A stretch of DNA of 64,000 nt, taken from the NCBI RefSeq assembly GCF_009914755.1, contig NC_060933.1, one strand, 5' to 3'. The notes beneath the pieces were generated by a model that searched no databases, was not told the origin of the DNA, and was given only the letters and a program-made list of their open reading frames with translations. This document shows, one piece after another, positions 1-15,621 of the stretch. The stretch comes from the human T2T-CHM13v2.0 reference genome, Homo sapiens. Both the position numbers and the translations under genes were made by a program. How positions within the stretch are numbered: position 1 is the stretch's first letter; the number at the start of each line of letters is the position of its first letter.

Positions 1-600
1 ATGATACACAACGTGATTTTTTTTGTTACTGGGTTTTTTCACTTAGCATATTTTCAAGGTTCATCCATGTTGTAGCATATATTAATATTTAATTCCTTTT
101 TATTGCCATATAATATTCTAGTTTATGGATAATACCACATTTTGTCTATTCACCCTTGATGGACGTTTTGGTTGTTTCACCTTTTGGCTATTATGAGTAA
201 TGCTGCTGTGAGCGTTCATGTACAAGTTTTTCTGTGGACATGTTCCCATTTTGGGGGGGGTGTATTCTTAGGAATGTAATTGTTGAATCATACATAACTC
301 TATAATTGGCCTTTTGAGGAACTGCCAGACTGTTTTCAAAAGTGATGACAGCAACTTACATTTCCACACGCGATGTATAGGAGTTTCTCCACATCTCCAT
401 CAATGCTATTACTGTCTGTCTTTTGGATTGTAGCCATTCTACTGGATGTGCAGTGCTATCTCATTGTGATTTTAATTTGTATTTCCCTAATGATGTTGAG
501 CATCTTTTCATGTGCTTTTGGGCATTTGCATATCTTCCTTGGAGAAATATCAATTAAGATCCATTGCCCATTTAAAAATTGGGGTGCCTTTTCATCCTTA
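1..600 (-). mobile_element. Old L1 (L1M-type) 3' region
   Basis: Typical antisense L1M motifs (cacttagcat...aggttcatccatgttgtagcat; ttttgaggaactgccagactgtttt; gatgttgagcatcttttcatgtg). Confidence 0.85.
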
Positions 601-601
601 A

Positions 602-1439
<838 letters not shown>

Positions 1440-1866
1440 AAGAGTAACCATATGTTCTTAAAATGCCTTCTTGGAACCAGAAGTATGCTGGTTGTATATG
1501 TTTGTCATCTCATAACAGCAGTTCACTGTGTTTTTCTTCATTATGTAATAGTTGGAGCTGCCAGAAAGTCTTCATTATGACTTTTTCCCTCTGTTTTTTT
1601 TAAAGCTTTTTTGAGATATAATGGATATACAGAATAGCCTTGCACATATTTAATGCATACGATTCGATAGGCTTGTATGTACCCCTGATACCATCACCAC
1701 AATCAAGGTAATAAACAGATCCATCACCTTCACAAGTTTTCTTTTGTCCCTTTGCTGTTTTTTTTTTTTTGTAAGAACCTGTAACATAAGATGTACATAA
1801 TGTGTAACATGAACATGTAACATAAGATCTCTCGTCTTATCACATTTTACAGCATGCAACACCATA

Positions 1867-2512
1867 CAGTCATTCCCCCTTATTTGTGGTTTTGCTTTCC
1901 ATGGTTTCAGTTACCTGTAGACCAAAAATATGACATGGAAAATTCCAAAAATAAACAGTTCATAAGTTTTACATTGTTTGCTGTTCTGAATAGTGTGATG
2001 AAATCTCATGCAGTCCCGCCTAGGACATAAATTATCTTTGTCCGGTGTATCCACGCTGTAGACATTGCCCACGTGTGAGTCCTTTAGTAGCCCTCTTGGT
2101 TATCAGGCTGGAGATCACAAGAAGAAGAATGAATACAGTACCATAAGATGTTTTGAGAGAGAAAGAGAAAGGCCAAATCCCCATAACACTTATTACAGAA
2201 TATTGTTATAATTGTTCTGTTTTATTATTGTGAATCTCTTACTCTGCCTGATTTGCAAACTAAATTTTACTATAGGTATGTATAGGAAAAAACATATACA
2301 TATATAGGTATGTATATACAGGTGGGAAGTTCACTTGAGCCCAAGAGTTCAAGACCAGCCTGGGCAACACAGTGACACCTTGTTTCTAAATTTTATTATA
2401 GGTGTGTATATATAGGAAAAACATAGTATATACAGGGTTCAATACCATCCGTGGCTTCAGCATCTGCTGGGGGTCTTGGAATGTATCCCCCTAGGATAAG
2501 GGAGGATGACTG
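1867..2512 (+). mobile_element. MER44 (Tigger7-family) DNA transposon inserted into an L1 fragment; contains a FLAM fragment at ~2320-2390
   Basis: TIRs cagtcattcccccttat / ataagggaggatgactg; TA target duplications at 1865-1866 and 2513-2514; L1 sequence on both sides (~1590-1865 and ~2515-2660). Confidence 0.88.
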
Positions 2513-3764
2513 TATTGTTAACTATAGGTACCACTTTGTACAGCAGATATCTGGAACAACTTATTTATGTTTTATAACACTAGCTTTATATCCATTGAAC
2601 AACTCCCCATTTCCCACTCTCCGTACCCCTGGCAACCACCATTCTATTTTCTGCTTCGGTATTTGTTCAGTGGGTTTGACACTTCTGCATTTCCTGGAGC
2701 ACTAGTTACACAGCAGAGCAATTTCATGATTAGATGGGTGCCCGTATTAGATTTGGAAGATGAAGCAGATACATTGAATAAACACTTGAGTGTTTAATTT
2801 TCACTTGGAAATTTAATGTTTACCTCAGTTTTAAGGAAGAAAGCTTTCTGGAAGGATACATTTGTATTATGTCCAAGTTTTCTTTTGAGTAGTAGTAAAC
2901 TCAGAGGAATTAATGAGAATAAATTTGTAAAGCAACAATTTTTTTTTTAATATGAAATAATAAAAACTCCATTTTCTAGTTGGGTTCTTCTTTTTTCTAC
3001 TGTTAAAAATATACCTGCGTTTAGCTTATTCAATGGATAAGTTAATAAGTATTGAAACATTGGTTCAACTTCCTAATGCTTTGCATTAAACTGGGCTTGG
3101 TGATTATTGTTTTTAATCTCTGCGCTTGGTGACAAGCTTTTAATCTCTATGCTCCTTTATTTATTTGGTAGTAATTTTTGCTTAGAAGCAGTATTTTCTA
3201 TTAGTTCGACAAGGGTAGGAGAAATAGGCCTCTGCCATGTAAATATTTAATGTGCACTAAATATTTGTTGAATTGCTTAGAAGAAGCAAGTCATTTGCTG
3301 ACGAGGAAGTTGGACATTTCAGGATTCAGCAATTGAAAGATTTGTCTAGATTTCCTACCCAGAAATAGCAGCTTTCCATTGACAGTCTACAACAAATATG
3401 CTATTGTTTCAGATTAGAAAACAGCTTTATAAACTAATATGGAATATAAATGACAGTGCTTTACTAAAGTACTAAGTACTATCTAATATCAGTATTTCAA
3501 GATTAAACCCTGAAATATTTAATGGATTATTGTAATACTTTGCAAATAGGATTTTTTTGCAGGATCCAACATATATATGTGTATATTCAGTTTCTAAAAA
3601 TGTTTTCATTGTAGAAAATATTAACCATATTGAAGAGATTCAGTACGATGAGTCCCGTTGAAACTCCATCACTCAGTTTCAACATTTATCAGCTCATGGC
3701 CAATCTTGTTTCATCACTGTCCACTCCCTCACCCCTACACCCAGGTGTTTTTTTTTTTTTTAAG

Positions 3765-4010
3765 TACCTTAAACAACAGAAATTTATTCTCTTACAGCTC
3801 TGGAGGTCAAAAGTCCAAAATCAGTTTTAGTGAGCTAATATCAACATATAGGCTAGGGCTGCATTCCACCAGAAGGCTCTAGGGGAGAATTTGTTTGCCT
3901 ACCTTTTCTAGCTCTTGGGGCTGTCTGCATTCCTTGGCTCATGGCCTCTTTATTTTCAAAGCCAGCAGCATATCTGTCATCATCTCTGCTTCCACCATCA
4001 CATCTCCTTT
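3765..4010 (-). mobile_element. MLT1-type MaLR LTR fragment
   Basis: cttaaacaacagaaatttattctcttacagctctggagg...ggctctaggggagaat motifs. Confidence 0.75.
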
Positions 4011-4029
4011 TCTTAAAAAAGGAAGTAAA

Positions 4030-4500
4030 ATCCATATTACACATCACCATTTTAACCATTCTGAAGTGTCCAATTCAGTGACTTTTAGTACATTCACAGT
4101 GTTGTACGACCATCACCACCATTGAGTGTTGTACGACCATCACCACTATTTAATCCAGAACATTTTCATTACCCCCAAAAGAAACTTTGTACCCATTAAG
4201 GAACCACTCTCAATTCCCTCCTTTTCCCAGCCCGGCTATAATGAAGAATGCTGCTATCAACACTGGTGGTTGTCTAAGATTTTGTTTGAGCACTTATTTT
4301 CAGTTACCTTGGCTATACAACAAGAAGTGGAATTGCTGGAGCATATAGTAATTCTGTGTTTAATTTTTTGAGGAATTGTTCAAACGGTTTTCCACAGTGG
4401 CTTATAATTTTATATCTGCACTAGAAATGTATGAGGGCCCAATTTCTCCACGTATTTGCCAACATTTGCTATTTTACTTTAAAAATTCTAGTGGGTGTGA
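4030..4500 (-). mobile_element. L1M 3' fragment with a 27-bp tandem duplication at 4098-4150
   Basis: L1MA/MB-like motifs; agtgttgtacgaccatcaccac(c/t)att occurs twice. Confidence 0.75.
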
Positions 4501-4827
<327 letters not shown>

Positions 4828-7388
4828 TAAGACATTTTGGCCTAAACGTTATATAGACATTCTACCTGTAAGTCCACTCCCCTTTTTGCTTTTTGTTCTC
4901 GGTGCTTACAAATTAATAAAAATACTTGGCATTTGTTAGACATCTGCTGTGTGCCTGGAACTGTGTTGAGCTCTTTTCATTTACATGATGTGGTTTACAG
5001 ACTATAGATGGACTTGATTTCACCTGCAACCCAGATTCCTATGTGTAAACAACCCAGACAGTAATAGAGGTGAGGCTGAGAGTAGGTGTGTCCCGTAAGG
5101 AATCTTGAAATAGCAAGAAATTTCTGAAGCTACATACATTTGGAAATGATAACGCTTATGACAGGAGGAAATTCTGCTTGCAGAAGGATTCTCTCTAGGG
5201 TTCCTTTAAATATCAAGTTTCCCCGATTGATGAAACATAAGTTCAATTTGCTAAATCTGAAGAATGGACCCCTATTGTAGAATGTCATCTTTATGTTAAA
5301 TGAGGCACTCCTAACCACTTACTTGCGCCTCAGGCCATCCTCTCAAGTCTTATTCAGCAGAAGCAAATGAGAGTATCGTAACAGGACTCATGAAGTAAGA
5401 ACAGGAAAATATCCACTGGATTTGGTAATTAGAAAGTCATTGGCACTCAATTTTAAAAGGGCCGTTTCTGCACTGGGTGGGGATAGGGCAGAGAAACCCA
5501 GCACTGAAGGCAGTATCACAGCTGGTTTTGCTTTGAGGGTTGGCAGAAGGCTGGGGGTTGAGAAATCAATGGGATACAGTGAAGTCAAGATAAGTGACTC
5601 CTTTCAAAAAGATTGAATGAGCCAGGAAGGACAAGGGAGAAGATATAAGGTCAAGGGGTGGTTGGATTCGTATTTTTTAGGAAGAAAAACCAACCATATT
5701 TTTATAGATTCTGGGAATAGAGCTGGATGAACAGGAGATGTTGAAGATACAGGGAAGAGATTAATGACAGGTGCACCCCAATGAACAAATGGGTCAAGGA
5801 CACAGATGGAATGCTTAGCTTTAGGGGAGGAGGGGTTGTTTTCCACAGGGGCTAAGGAATGGAGGTGAGGGTGATGCCCAGTCAATGGGCTTCTGTGGAG
5901 GAAGCAAAATAGGAAATTTCCATCTGATGCTCTTACACCTGGTTCTCACTTCAGAAAGATAGTAATCTGCTTAGCACGAAAAGCTGGGGTATGAGAATGG
6001 CTGCCTAAAGGAACGGGGGAGAGAAGAACTGACCAGAATAAAGGAATTATCCTAAAGGACAGCCATATCCCATTAAGATAACTTCTCAGTGCTTTGGACT
6101 GGGCCAGCATCGGGCTGAGTGGCCCGTCTGTCTGATCCAGCACTGCATTTCGAATATTCTACTCAAGTGTAAGCTCTGCTGGGTGTCACACGTGGACATG
6201 TTATCCTTGTGTGGGTCTGTAATTTTATTCCTGACTCTATTCCCCTCTCTTCTTTCATTTACAAACCTTTCCACTGTGCCCTTTTTGGAACTCCTGCTCT
6301 GTCATAAAGAATCCCCCAGTATTCTTAACATCTTCTCTGAATATTCCCACCATGTCAAGGTTTAAATGAACACTGGATGTCCCTGAAGATTAGTAGTCCC
6401 CTGAAGCTGCTGCCAGTCTTACAACAAAGACACCCAAACTTGTGTGTGTTTACCCTGTGGTAGGAATCATTCAAAGCACTTTCAGCATATTAGCTAATTT
6501 AATCCTCATGACAACCCTGTGAAGTTGATGCTATTAGTTTTTACCTAGCACCAACTTCTTGAGGTACCAAGAAATGTATAGAACTTGACGGTAGGCAAAC
6601 AGCTAGTAGGTGGCAAAGTCAAAAGATAAACCCAGGAAGCATGGCATCAGAATCTTTACTCTTGATAACTAAAACATACTTTCTGAAGCTCTTTCAAGTT
6701 GAGGGCACTGAATTCCCTCATACTCCAAATACTTCTTTTCCAGGGGGTGGGGTGTTGGTGTTACCAATTCCTAAATCTTTTCAAGGTTTTGTGTTCTAAA
6801 TCTAGGTTTACTAGGCCTACTCCAAGTGGCCTAGTATTCCACTTTTTTGGGTTGGCTAAGTCCACTAATCCTTGTTGCTATGTCTTATTTCTGGTTTGTT
6901 TTTGTCCTTCAGGGTTTATAATTTTAAAAAATCCTCTTTATTGCCATATTATGGGGGTTTGAGGAGGTTGTGGAGTTAAATGCTTGTGTTTAATGTCTTA
7001 CTTTGAACTTGAACTGCTAGGTTGGTTTAACATTAGAAAATATATTAATTTACCACTTACCGTATTAAAGGAAAAAGCATGTGATTGTCCTGATAGACCT
7101 GCTTGGCCAACGTTGTCTTGGTTTATTCCCTAAAGAGGCTTGCATTTTCTAAAGAGGCTGCATCTGCACGAGTGTTCACAGCAGCATTGTTAGTAGGGCT
7201 ATAAAGCTGAAAACCATTCACATGATCATGCACACGTTCACAGGCAGGAGAGTAGGTGGACAATTTGTCACACAGTCAGTTATATAGTGCGTGACTATGG
7301 AACAGTAAAATTATTTTCCTGTAGCTAAACATACATCAATATGGATAAGTCGCAGAAAGACAATGTTGAATGACAAAAGCGAACTATA

Positions 7389-7718
7389 CAGGTGTGTACT
7401 GCATAGTGACATTTCTGTCAATGGTGGATGGCATATAGATGGTGGTCCCATAAGATTATAATACTGTATTTTTACTGTACCTTTTCTACATTTAAATATG
7501 TTTAGGTACCCAAGTACTTGCCATTGTGTTACAATTGTCTACAGTAGTCAGCACAGTAACATGCTAGGAGCAATAGCCTATACCGTATCGCCTCGGTGTG
7601 TAGTAGCCGCACCATCTAGGTTTGTGTAGGTGCACTCTGTGATGTTCACACAATGATGAAATTGCCTGACAATGCATTTCTCAGAGTGTATCTCTGTCAT
7701 TAAGTGACACATTAACTG
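7389..7718 (+). mobile_element. Tigger3a/MER7A-like DNA transposon
   Basis: CAG...CTG termini flanked by TA; internal ggtggtcccataagattataatac motif. Confidence 0.82.
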
Positions 7719-7979
7719 TAATTTTATTTTTTATAAAGTTAAACAAGCTCAACGAACAGTACATGGTTTTAAAACTGAAACTTAGAGGGGAGCAATGACC
7801 AAAAAGTTGAGGATTGTTAATTCCTTCATGGGGGCAGGAATAAGCGGAGATCTGATCAGGGATCCGTTGACAGGGAACTTTGTCAATGGCAGTGTTCTCT
7901 CTGTCAAGTTGAGTGGTAGATTAATAAGTGCTGGTACTATTATTATGCTTTATGACTTTGAGGTATGTAATACGCTCTT

Positions 7980-9150
7980 TTATTGTGCTAAAAAACATAG
8001 CACCATTTTATAATCTACAATTCAGTGGCATCAAATACATTCACAATGTTGTGCATCTGTCACCACCTTCTGAAAAGTTTCAGAATCACCCTGGAAGGAA
8101 ACCCTGTACCCATGAAGCAGTCACATCTCATTTCCCCCGATCTCTCCAGCCCCTGGCAACCACCATCTACTGTCTGTCTCTGTGGGTTTGCCTATTCTGG
8201 ACATTTCACATGAATGGAATCATATATATGGACTTTTGTATCTGGCTGTTTTCATTTACCATAATGTTTCCAGGGTTTTTCCATGATGTAGCATGTTTTA
8301 GTACTTAGTTTTTATGACAAACTATTAGTCCATTGCATGGATATGCCGCATTTTGTTTGCCCATTCACATGTTGATGGACATTTGGATTGCTTCTGCCTT
8401 TTGGTCATTGTAAACAAGGCTGTTATGACTATTTGTGTACAAAATTTTGTTTGGGCACCTGCTTTCAATTTTTTTTTTAAAGTTTTAAAAAATGTTTGTT
8501 TGTTTGAGATGAAGTCTCACTCTGTAACCCAGGCTGGAGTGCAGTGGTGCAATCTCCACTCACTGCAACCTCCCCATCTTGCCAGCCTAAGCTATCCTCC
8601 CACCTCAGCCTCCTGAATAGTTGGGACTATAGGTGCAAGCCACCATGCCCAGCTAATTGTTTTTATATTTAATATTTTTGGTAGAGACGTGGTTTCACCA
8701 TGTTGCCCAGGCTGGTCTCGAACTCCTGAGTTGAGGCAATCCACCTGCCTTGGCCTCCCAAAGTGCTGGGATTACAGGCATGAGCCACCACGCCCAGCCT
8801 TGCTTTCAGTTCTTTTGGGCATAAATCTGTGAGTGGAATTGGTGAGTTTTATGGTAATTCTAAATTTAACTTATTGAGGAACCACCAAACTGTTTTCCAC
8901 AGTGGCTGCACATTTTACATTCCCACCAGCAATGTATAAATGTTCTGATTTCTCCACATCCTCACCAACACTTGTTTTTTTTTGTTTGTTTTGTTTTTGT
9001 TTTTTTTTAAGATTATGGCCATCTTAGCAGGTATGAAATGGCGTATCATGATGGTTTTACTGATGTTAAGCATCTTTTCATGTGCTTCTTAGCCATTTGG
9101 ATATCTTCTTTAGAGAAATATCTATTAGATTTAGTTGCCTATTTTTTAAA
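7980..9150 (-). mobile_element. L1MB/MC-type 3' region interrupted by an Alu (8495-8799, - strand)
   Basis: L1M motifs on both sides; the Alu is flanked by tgctttca-like duplications. Confidence 0.82.
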
Positions 9151-9942
9151 TGTACAATTTTAAAAATATTTCATAGCTCAAATATTTTAAAACATGTGCA
9201 TAGCAGATACTTCTTTTCCCTGTGGTAGTAATAATGAAGAAGGCTTTTTAATCAAGCAGTTGATCAAACTACTATGGAAACAGATTAAAAGCTCAAAGAT
9301 CCCTTGGTAGGCAGGTAGTTTTAAATTGCCCACAGTATTGACTCTAAGTCAGTATAATAGAGAAATGTATTTGAATAAGGGGAATAAAGGAAATTACGTT
9401 TTAAATAACTTTTGAGTATAAACCTAAACCAAAAAATTGGCCTATAAAAGGTATTTTTTTTAGATACATGAATTTACCTAATTTATTCATTCACCAAGTA
9501 TGAATGGGGAATGAAGTACTGGGAGCAGAATCTTAAAATATTTAAATAAATTTTTATGTGGTTGATGCCTGCCTGCCTGCTTGCCTTCTTTCTTTTCTTT
9601 TTCTTTTTCTTCTTTTCTTTTCTTCTTGCCATAACTTTTCCATCATATCACGTGTACATCAAGCAATGTAAAAATTACTGTTGAATTTACTGGATAAATA
9701 TCTACTTTTCTGTATTTCAGAGACTATAATTTAGTGTTTTATTCCTTGCATTATAAAATTGACAGGGTATTTACTCCATGTGTATTTTTCAGAAGTCTTT
9801 ATATTAATGACTACATGAAGATCTGCCTGATTAAGAAATACTTTTCTTGGATAGAGGGGTAATAGAACTGTGTGCTAGCCTGGTTGTTTTTCCTTGCACC
9901 ATCTCATCAATTACTCTGGTTTTTTTCTTCATGTCTTCATAG

Positions 9943-10101
9943 CCTCTTCCCGAGAAGTTTGTGGTAAAAGGTGTTGTGGATCGTTTTTCAGAAGAGTTTG
10001 TGGAGACCAGAAGAAAAGCTTTGGATAAATTTCTAAAAAGAATTACGGACCATCCTGTGCTGTCTTTCAATGAACACTTTAATATTTTCCTTACTGCTAA
10101 G
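9943..10101 (+). CDS. SNX30: SNX30 internal coding exon (probably exon 4), C-terminal part of the PX domain: [53 protein letters not shown]
   Basis: Polypyrimidine tract and AG at 9941-9942; donor AAG|GTAAGG at 10102; 159 nt, phase 0-0. The PLPEK...RRKAL..FL...HPVL motif is typical of PX domains of the SNX4/7/30 group. Confidence 0.97.
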
Positions 10102-10172
10102 GTAAGGGCAGAAATTTACATCCTCTTCGTCCATATTACCATTCTTGGGGCTCTTTCCTAAAAGCTGTTTTG

Positions 10173-10376
10173 AGCAAGACTCGGTCTCTACAAAAACTTT
10201 TAACAAATAGCCGAGTGTGATGTTGTGCGCCTGTAGTCCCAGCTACCTGGGAGGCTAAGGCAGGAGGTAGCTTGAGCCCAGGAGTTTGAGGCTTCAGTGA
10301 GCTATGATCGTGCCACTGCACTGCAGCCTGGGTGACAGAGTGAGACCCTATCTCTTTAAAAAAAAAAAAAAAAAAA
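10173..10376 (+). mobile_element. 5'-truncated AluJ, ~70 nt downstream of an SNX30 donor
   Basis: Poly(A) tail; target duplication aaaagc(t/g)gttttga at ~10159-10172 and ~10373-10386. Confidence 0.88.
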
Positions 10377-11648
10377 GCGGTTTTGATCTTTCAGAAGCCA
10401 CCTTCATGAGCAAATGGTTCACTGTAACAGGGTTGTCATAAAATTGGTCTTTTTTTGGGTGCCTGTGTCCATTAGCATGCTTTTTTGCATTAGCAAATCC
10501 ATATAGATGGATTCTATGTTAGAATTTAGGAGATCTGTCCCCACCCCATCCGGGGCCCCACCCACTTGCAGCAGCAGAGGAAGTTAGAATATTTGCTCTG
10601 CCAAAAGCAGAGCTAAGTGTTTCCTTAAACACTTGGCAGTATTACTGGGTGAGGCCAGTCTGACCAACAATGGGCATGGAACAGAAGGAACATTTGAGTG
10701 TTTGGTGAGGGTTTTCTTCTTAAGGGCGCTTTGAGTGATTACTTGCAGCTGCATTTTACAGACAAGGAAACTCAAGTTCCAGGAGCTTGTCCTTGTTCAG
10801 GTAGCGTTACTAGGATCTCAAATTAGGTCTTTGTGGCTACTGAGGCCACACCGTCCCTGTGTATCAGACTGCCTGATTGTTACTTAACCTGCAACCATGT
10901 TCCTGTCAGGTGGACATTTGCCAGATAAAACATTTGGGTCCTACACAGTTGCCAGATTCTGTGTATTCAAACTCAAGTTGGTTGTCCACTGGCCTTTCTC
11001 TGCACTTCCCTGTTGGCAGAACTGGCCAGAAAACCTGAGGTGCTGTGCTCTCGCTGTCTGCAGAAATGGGGTCACATGCTCAGACCCTCCTGCTAGCTTC
11101 CCTCTAGTCCCATCTGTTTGGTTTCAGGTATCATATTCCCATGTTCAGGCCATATGTAACATGTTCCATGTTGGCAAGGGTATTGTGGTCCAGATACTTT
11201 CTAGTTTTTCAAATCTGCAAAATTGGGAAATAGCTATAGATAACATTAGGTGACATTAAAGACTTCGGAGAGTGTGCCGTTCTTCACTCAGTGGAAGCCG
11301 CATGACAGAGTCCTTTAGTTTTTATAACCTCAGTTGGCATTGAGCCTTATTGATGACATTCCAGTTCAGCATCTCTTTTTCCCAGAGGCTTTCCCCCCCT
11401 ACAGGTTGGACAGGTACACTTTTTAAAACTAAGTATTTCCTGGCAAACTAAACCTCAGGTATAATTCCTTCAACTCATACTCAAAGTAGAATACATCCTA
11501 TTCTCCAAAAGCACAACTCACTTTCTCCCCCAAGGTCCATTTTCCAGAAAGCCCTTAAGCACATTCATGTTTACTGAACAAAAAAGAAAAGGGAGGGAAA
11601 AGCTTGGACCCCTGGTTGTTAGGAATCTGTATGAAGAATAAGTAGGAA

Positions 11649-11668
11649 AGAGAGAGAGAGAGAGAGAG

Positions 11669-11722
<54 letters not shown>
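11649..11722. repeat. Compound (GA)n(GT)n(GA)n microsatellite
   Basis: Seen directly. Confidence 0.95.
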
Positions 11723-11724
<2 letters not shown>

Positions 11725-11785
11725 GGAGATTTATCTATCTGTGGGCCAGGCAGTATGAAAATGACTTAAAAAATATAAGGTCCTT

Positions 11786-12098
11786 ATATGAGAACACATG
11801 GACACAGGAAGGGGAACATCACACGCCGGGGACTGTTGTGGGGTTGGGGGAGGGGGGAGGGATAGCATTAGGAGATATACCTAATGCTAAATGACGAGTT
11901 AATGGGTGCAGCACACCAACATGGCACATGTATACACATGTAACAAATCTGCACGTTGTGCACATGTACCCTAAAACTTAAAGTATAATAATAAAAAATT
12001 TAAAAAAAATTAGAAAAAATATATATTATATATTAATATATAATAAATATATTAATATATAATATATAATAAATATAATATATATAAAATATCTATAT
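11786..12098 (+). mobile_element. Young, heavily 5'-truncated L1PA (L1PA3-like) 3' UTR with an AT-degenerate tail
   Basis: G-rich tract, aggagatatacctaatgctaaatgacgag and aaacttaaagtataataat; 13-bp TSD ATATAAGGTCCTT at 11773-11785 and 12099-12111. Confidence 0.92.
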
Positions 12099-12597
12099 AT
12101 ATAAGGTCCTTTACTGCCTTAATCAAAATCCGACTCCATATGAGTGAATACAGGAGAGGTGGCTTTAAACAGAACAAATTTTAGCCCTAATTCAGTATCG
12201 CTTGCTGAACAAAATGTGCTAAATGGCCTTATCTTTTCTTTAAAAATTTTTAAAATTGTGATAAAATACACCTAACATTTACTATCCTAACAATTTCTAA
12301 GTGTACAGTTCAGTAGTGTTAAGTATATTTAAATTAGTTATGCAGCTCATCTTCAGAACGTTTGCATCTTGCAGATCTGAAACTCTATGCCCATTAAATG
12401 GCAGCACCCTATTCCCCCTCTTCCAGCTGCCTCATTTTTTCCTTTAACATACCTTGAATAACTTGATCTTGTTCTGAGATGAGCCACTTACGTGTTCTGC
12501 CTTAGGGAATGCAGAGACGCTCTTCCTTTTCTTTGTGATCACATGAGCTTATCAACAAATTAGAAATGTCCTTAAGAAGAAGCCAAAAGGCTGTATG

Positions 12598-12720
12598 TAA
12601 TGGCTCATGCCTGTAACACCCAGCGCTTTGGGAGGCCAAAGCAGGTAGACCACCTGAGCCCAGGAGTTCATGTTCAGTCTGGGCAACATGGTGAGACCCC
12701 ATCTCTATATATTAAAAAGA
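12598..12720 (+). mobile_element. FLAM / Alu left monomer
   Basis: tggctcatgcctgtaa...gagaccccatctcta followed by an A-rich end. Confidence 0.8.
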
Positions 12721-13274
12721 AGCAGCAGCAGCAGCCAGTAGTAATACTGGGAGAAATGGGGACGCTCAATAGCAACTATATTCAAGTCAATATTTTCATC
12801 TTTGGCAGAGTGGGTACAGCAATCAGATGGATACTGCTGAATAACTTTATTCAACATGTAAATTAACTTGGTTAACGGGGACACGCTTTCAAAGCTCTAC
12901 TTGAAGCGGAGCCTGTGCAGTCCAGCGAGCCCATTTGACTCTAGTCCCACTCGTAAAAACGCTGTCTGCAGAGGTAATTCCAAGAACTCTGAGGCTTCAG
13001 TTATAGTCTTGTGAAGGCCTTGTGCCTTTGAGGATGTTTCTTGTCTAGAATGTGGGAGGTCAGAAGGGGAGATGGAATCTTTAGGACACTCTCTCAGGCA
13101 GCCTGACTCTGAAGGAAACGAGAGAGGTGGAGAGGAACTAGAGGAGATTGCTGCTGTTTTTAAGATGGGTCAGCCTTGGGTGTATTTTACATGCTGAAGG
13201 ATTAGAAGTTGAAGATACAGACAGGAGAGGGGATAATTGGTAGGGCAAGGCCCTCGGTTGGGGGAAGGTATGGA

Positions 13275-14040
13275 TAGGTGTTCCAGAAAAACTCTCAAAC
13301 CATGGTTTTCCTCTGCTCTCAGACAACAACAGTTGTCATCAACACAGGAGAAGACTTCTGTGACCAAATTGCGGGGTGGGGGTGGGGGCGAGATTTTCCC
13401 CAAACACCAAGCAGCCATTGCCAGCTGGATGTCCACCAGTTTAATTTGCACATTATTTGCCTGGACATAGCATCAGATCCCACAGGTTGAGGACTCAGTC
13501 CTCAAGTCTGAGAGCTTCCAGATCTCGGACCTTAAGTTCAAGCCTCCAAAACTTCTGACCAGCCAGCTTCAAGTTGGGCTTCCCGTGACCTCTTCTTTGG
13601 GTTCCATTAATTTGCTAGAGCAATTCACAGAACTCAGAGAAACACATTTACCAGTTTATTATAAATGATATCATAAAGGATACAGATGAAGAGTTGCATT
13701 GGGCGAGGCGTGGGGGAAGGGGCGTGGAACTTCCATGCCCTCCCTGGGTGTAGCACCCTTCAGGAAACTCCACATGTTCAGCTCTCCAGAAGTTCTCTAA
13801 ACCCAGCTCTCTTGGGTTTTTGTGGAAGCTTCGTGACAGCAGCATTCCATCCTCCAGGGTGTAGGGAGGGACCTTAGTCAGAAAGGCTGGGGAAGATTCG
13901 AGTCCTGCCTTGGGGCAGGTGAAAGGAGGGCAGGGGAAGGACAGAGAGATTCTGTTTCCTGAGGCTTAACACACCCAACATTATAGTGAAAAGACTGGAA
14001 CAAGGTCTGTGGAGGTTATGAGCCAGGAACCGTGGATTAA
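13275..14040. mobile_element. LTR element, MER21-like
   Basis: gacttctgtgaccaaat, agcatcagatcccacaggttgag and attaatttgctagagc...cacagaactcag motifs; followed by (CA)n at 14041-14095. Confidence 0.7.
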
Positions 14041-14096
<56 letters not shown>

Positions 14097-14541
14097 CTAC
14101 CTCAATAGGAAAGGCTGGATCAAGAGCAAAAATGAAGGCCTAAAGAAGGAAGCGAAGAAGGAAGTGAATTCACGAGGTGCCTACACTCAGATACTATAGA
14201 GACCTCAGCCTGAAATTGTACATCAAATGCGGAGGGGCTGTTGGGCCATGTTAGCCGCACATTCCACATTCTCTGCTCTATCCTCTGCATCAGGCCACGT
14301 CACCAGAAAGCTGTGTCCTTGTTCTGGGTTCCTTTATCTCCCTCTAGTTATACCCTTCTAGGTCTGGGGATTAACATTCTGTTTGTATTGAGGGTGGATA
14401 TGAGGAACAGACACCTGTACCTTCTGTAAAACCATTTTGTAAGCTACCCTTTCAGTAGGTGACACAGGACAACCTGAAGATTGTATAGATTCCTCTTAGT
14501 GTTTGATGATAGGAGGAAGCTTGTTTTATCAGGCAGGCTAA

Positions 14542-14829
<288 letters not shown>

Positions 14830-15425
14830 GGCTAATAAGCTTTATATTTAGATACAATGGGTTATGAAACTCAACATATTTCCAGTTTTGCCTTCAAGAA
14901 ATCCAGGGTTAAAATGTTTTGCTGTTTACAGCATCCATCCTAGGCCTGAATTTTCTAGCAATGTTTTTCTGCCACTGTTTCCTGCTTTCCACCCTTTACT
15001 CCCCTTATATAGCTTTAGTTGGGGTATAAATAAATGAGTGATGGATCTCGGAACCTCTGCTCTTCAGTTTTGCTTGTAAAGACAACATAGGGTACTTTGT
15101 ATGGGAGAAACAGATACTTAAAAAAAATTATGTTAGAAACAGCATTGTGTTTAAAGGGCAGTGTGCTCAGGTGAGTGAATTTGATTAAGGATTGGCGTTC
15201 AGCTCTGCTGAAAGGGATTTAAGTGTCAACCTACAGGAGCCTGAGTCTGGTGGTTATGACGTCCAGGCCAGGGTCCTCCTGTGAATGTGATTAGAGCCTC
15301 TAACTCAGCTCCTTGTTTCCCGAGTTCTCCATTTCCAAACTGAAGCTGCTTTTAGAAGCTGTTTTATTTAGTCCTGCCCATGTGAGTGAGTGAGTGCTTT
15401 GAGCTTATTCACATATCATCCTCAG

Positions 15426-15621
15426 GACCTGAACGCCTACAAGAAGCAAGGGATAGCATTGCTGACCAGAATGGGCGAGTCAGTCAAGCACGTCACTGGC
15501 GGCTACAAGCTGAGGACTCGGCCGCTTGAGTTTGCTGCCATGGGTGACTACTTAGATACATTTGCACTCAAACTGGGAACCATTGATCGAATAGCCCAGC
15601 GGATCATCAAAGAAGAAATAG
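15426..15621 (+). CDS. SNX30: SNX30 coding exon (probably exon 5): [65 protein letters not shown](E)
   Basis: CTCAG acceptor ending at 15425; donor TAG|GTGAGC at 15622; 196 nt, phase 0-1; continues the frame of the previous exon. Confidence 0.97.
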
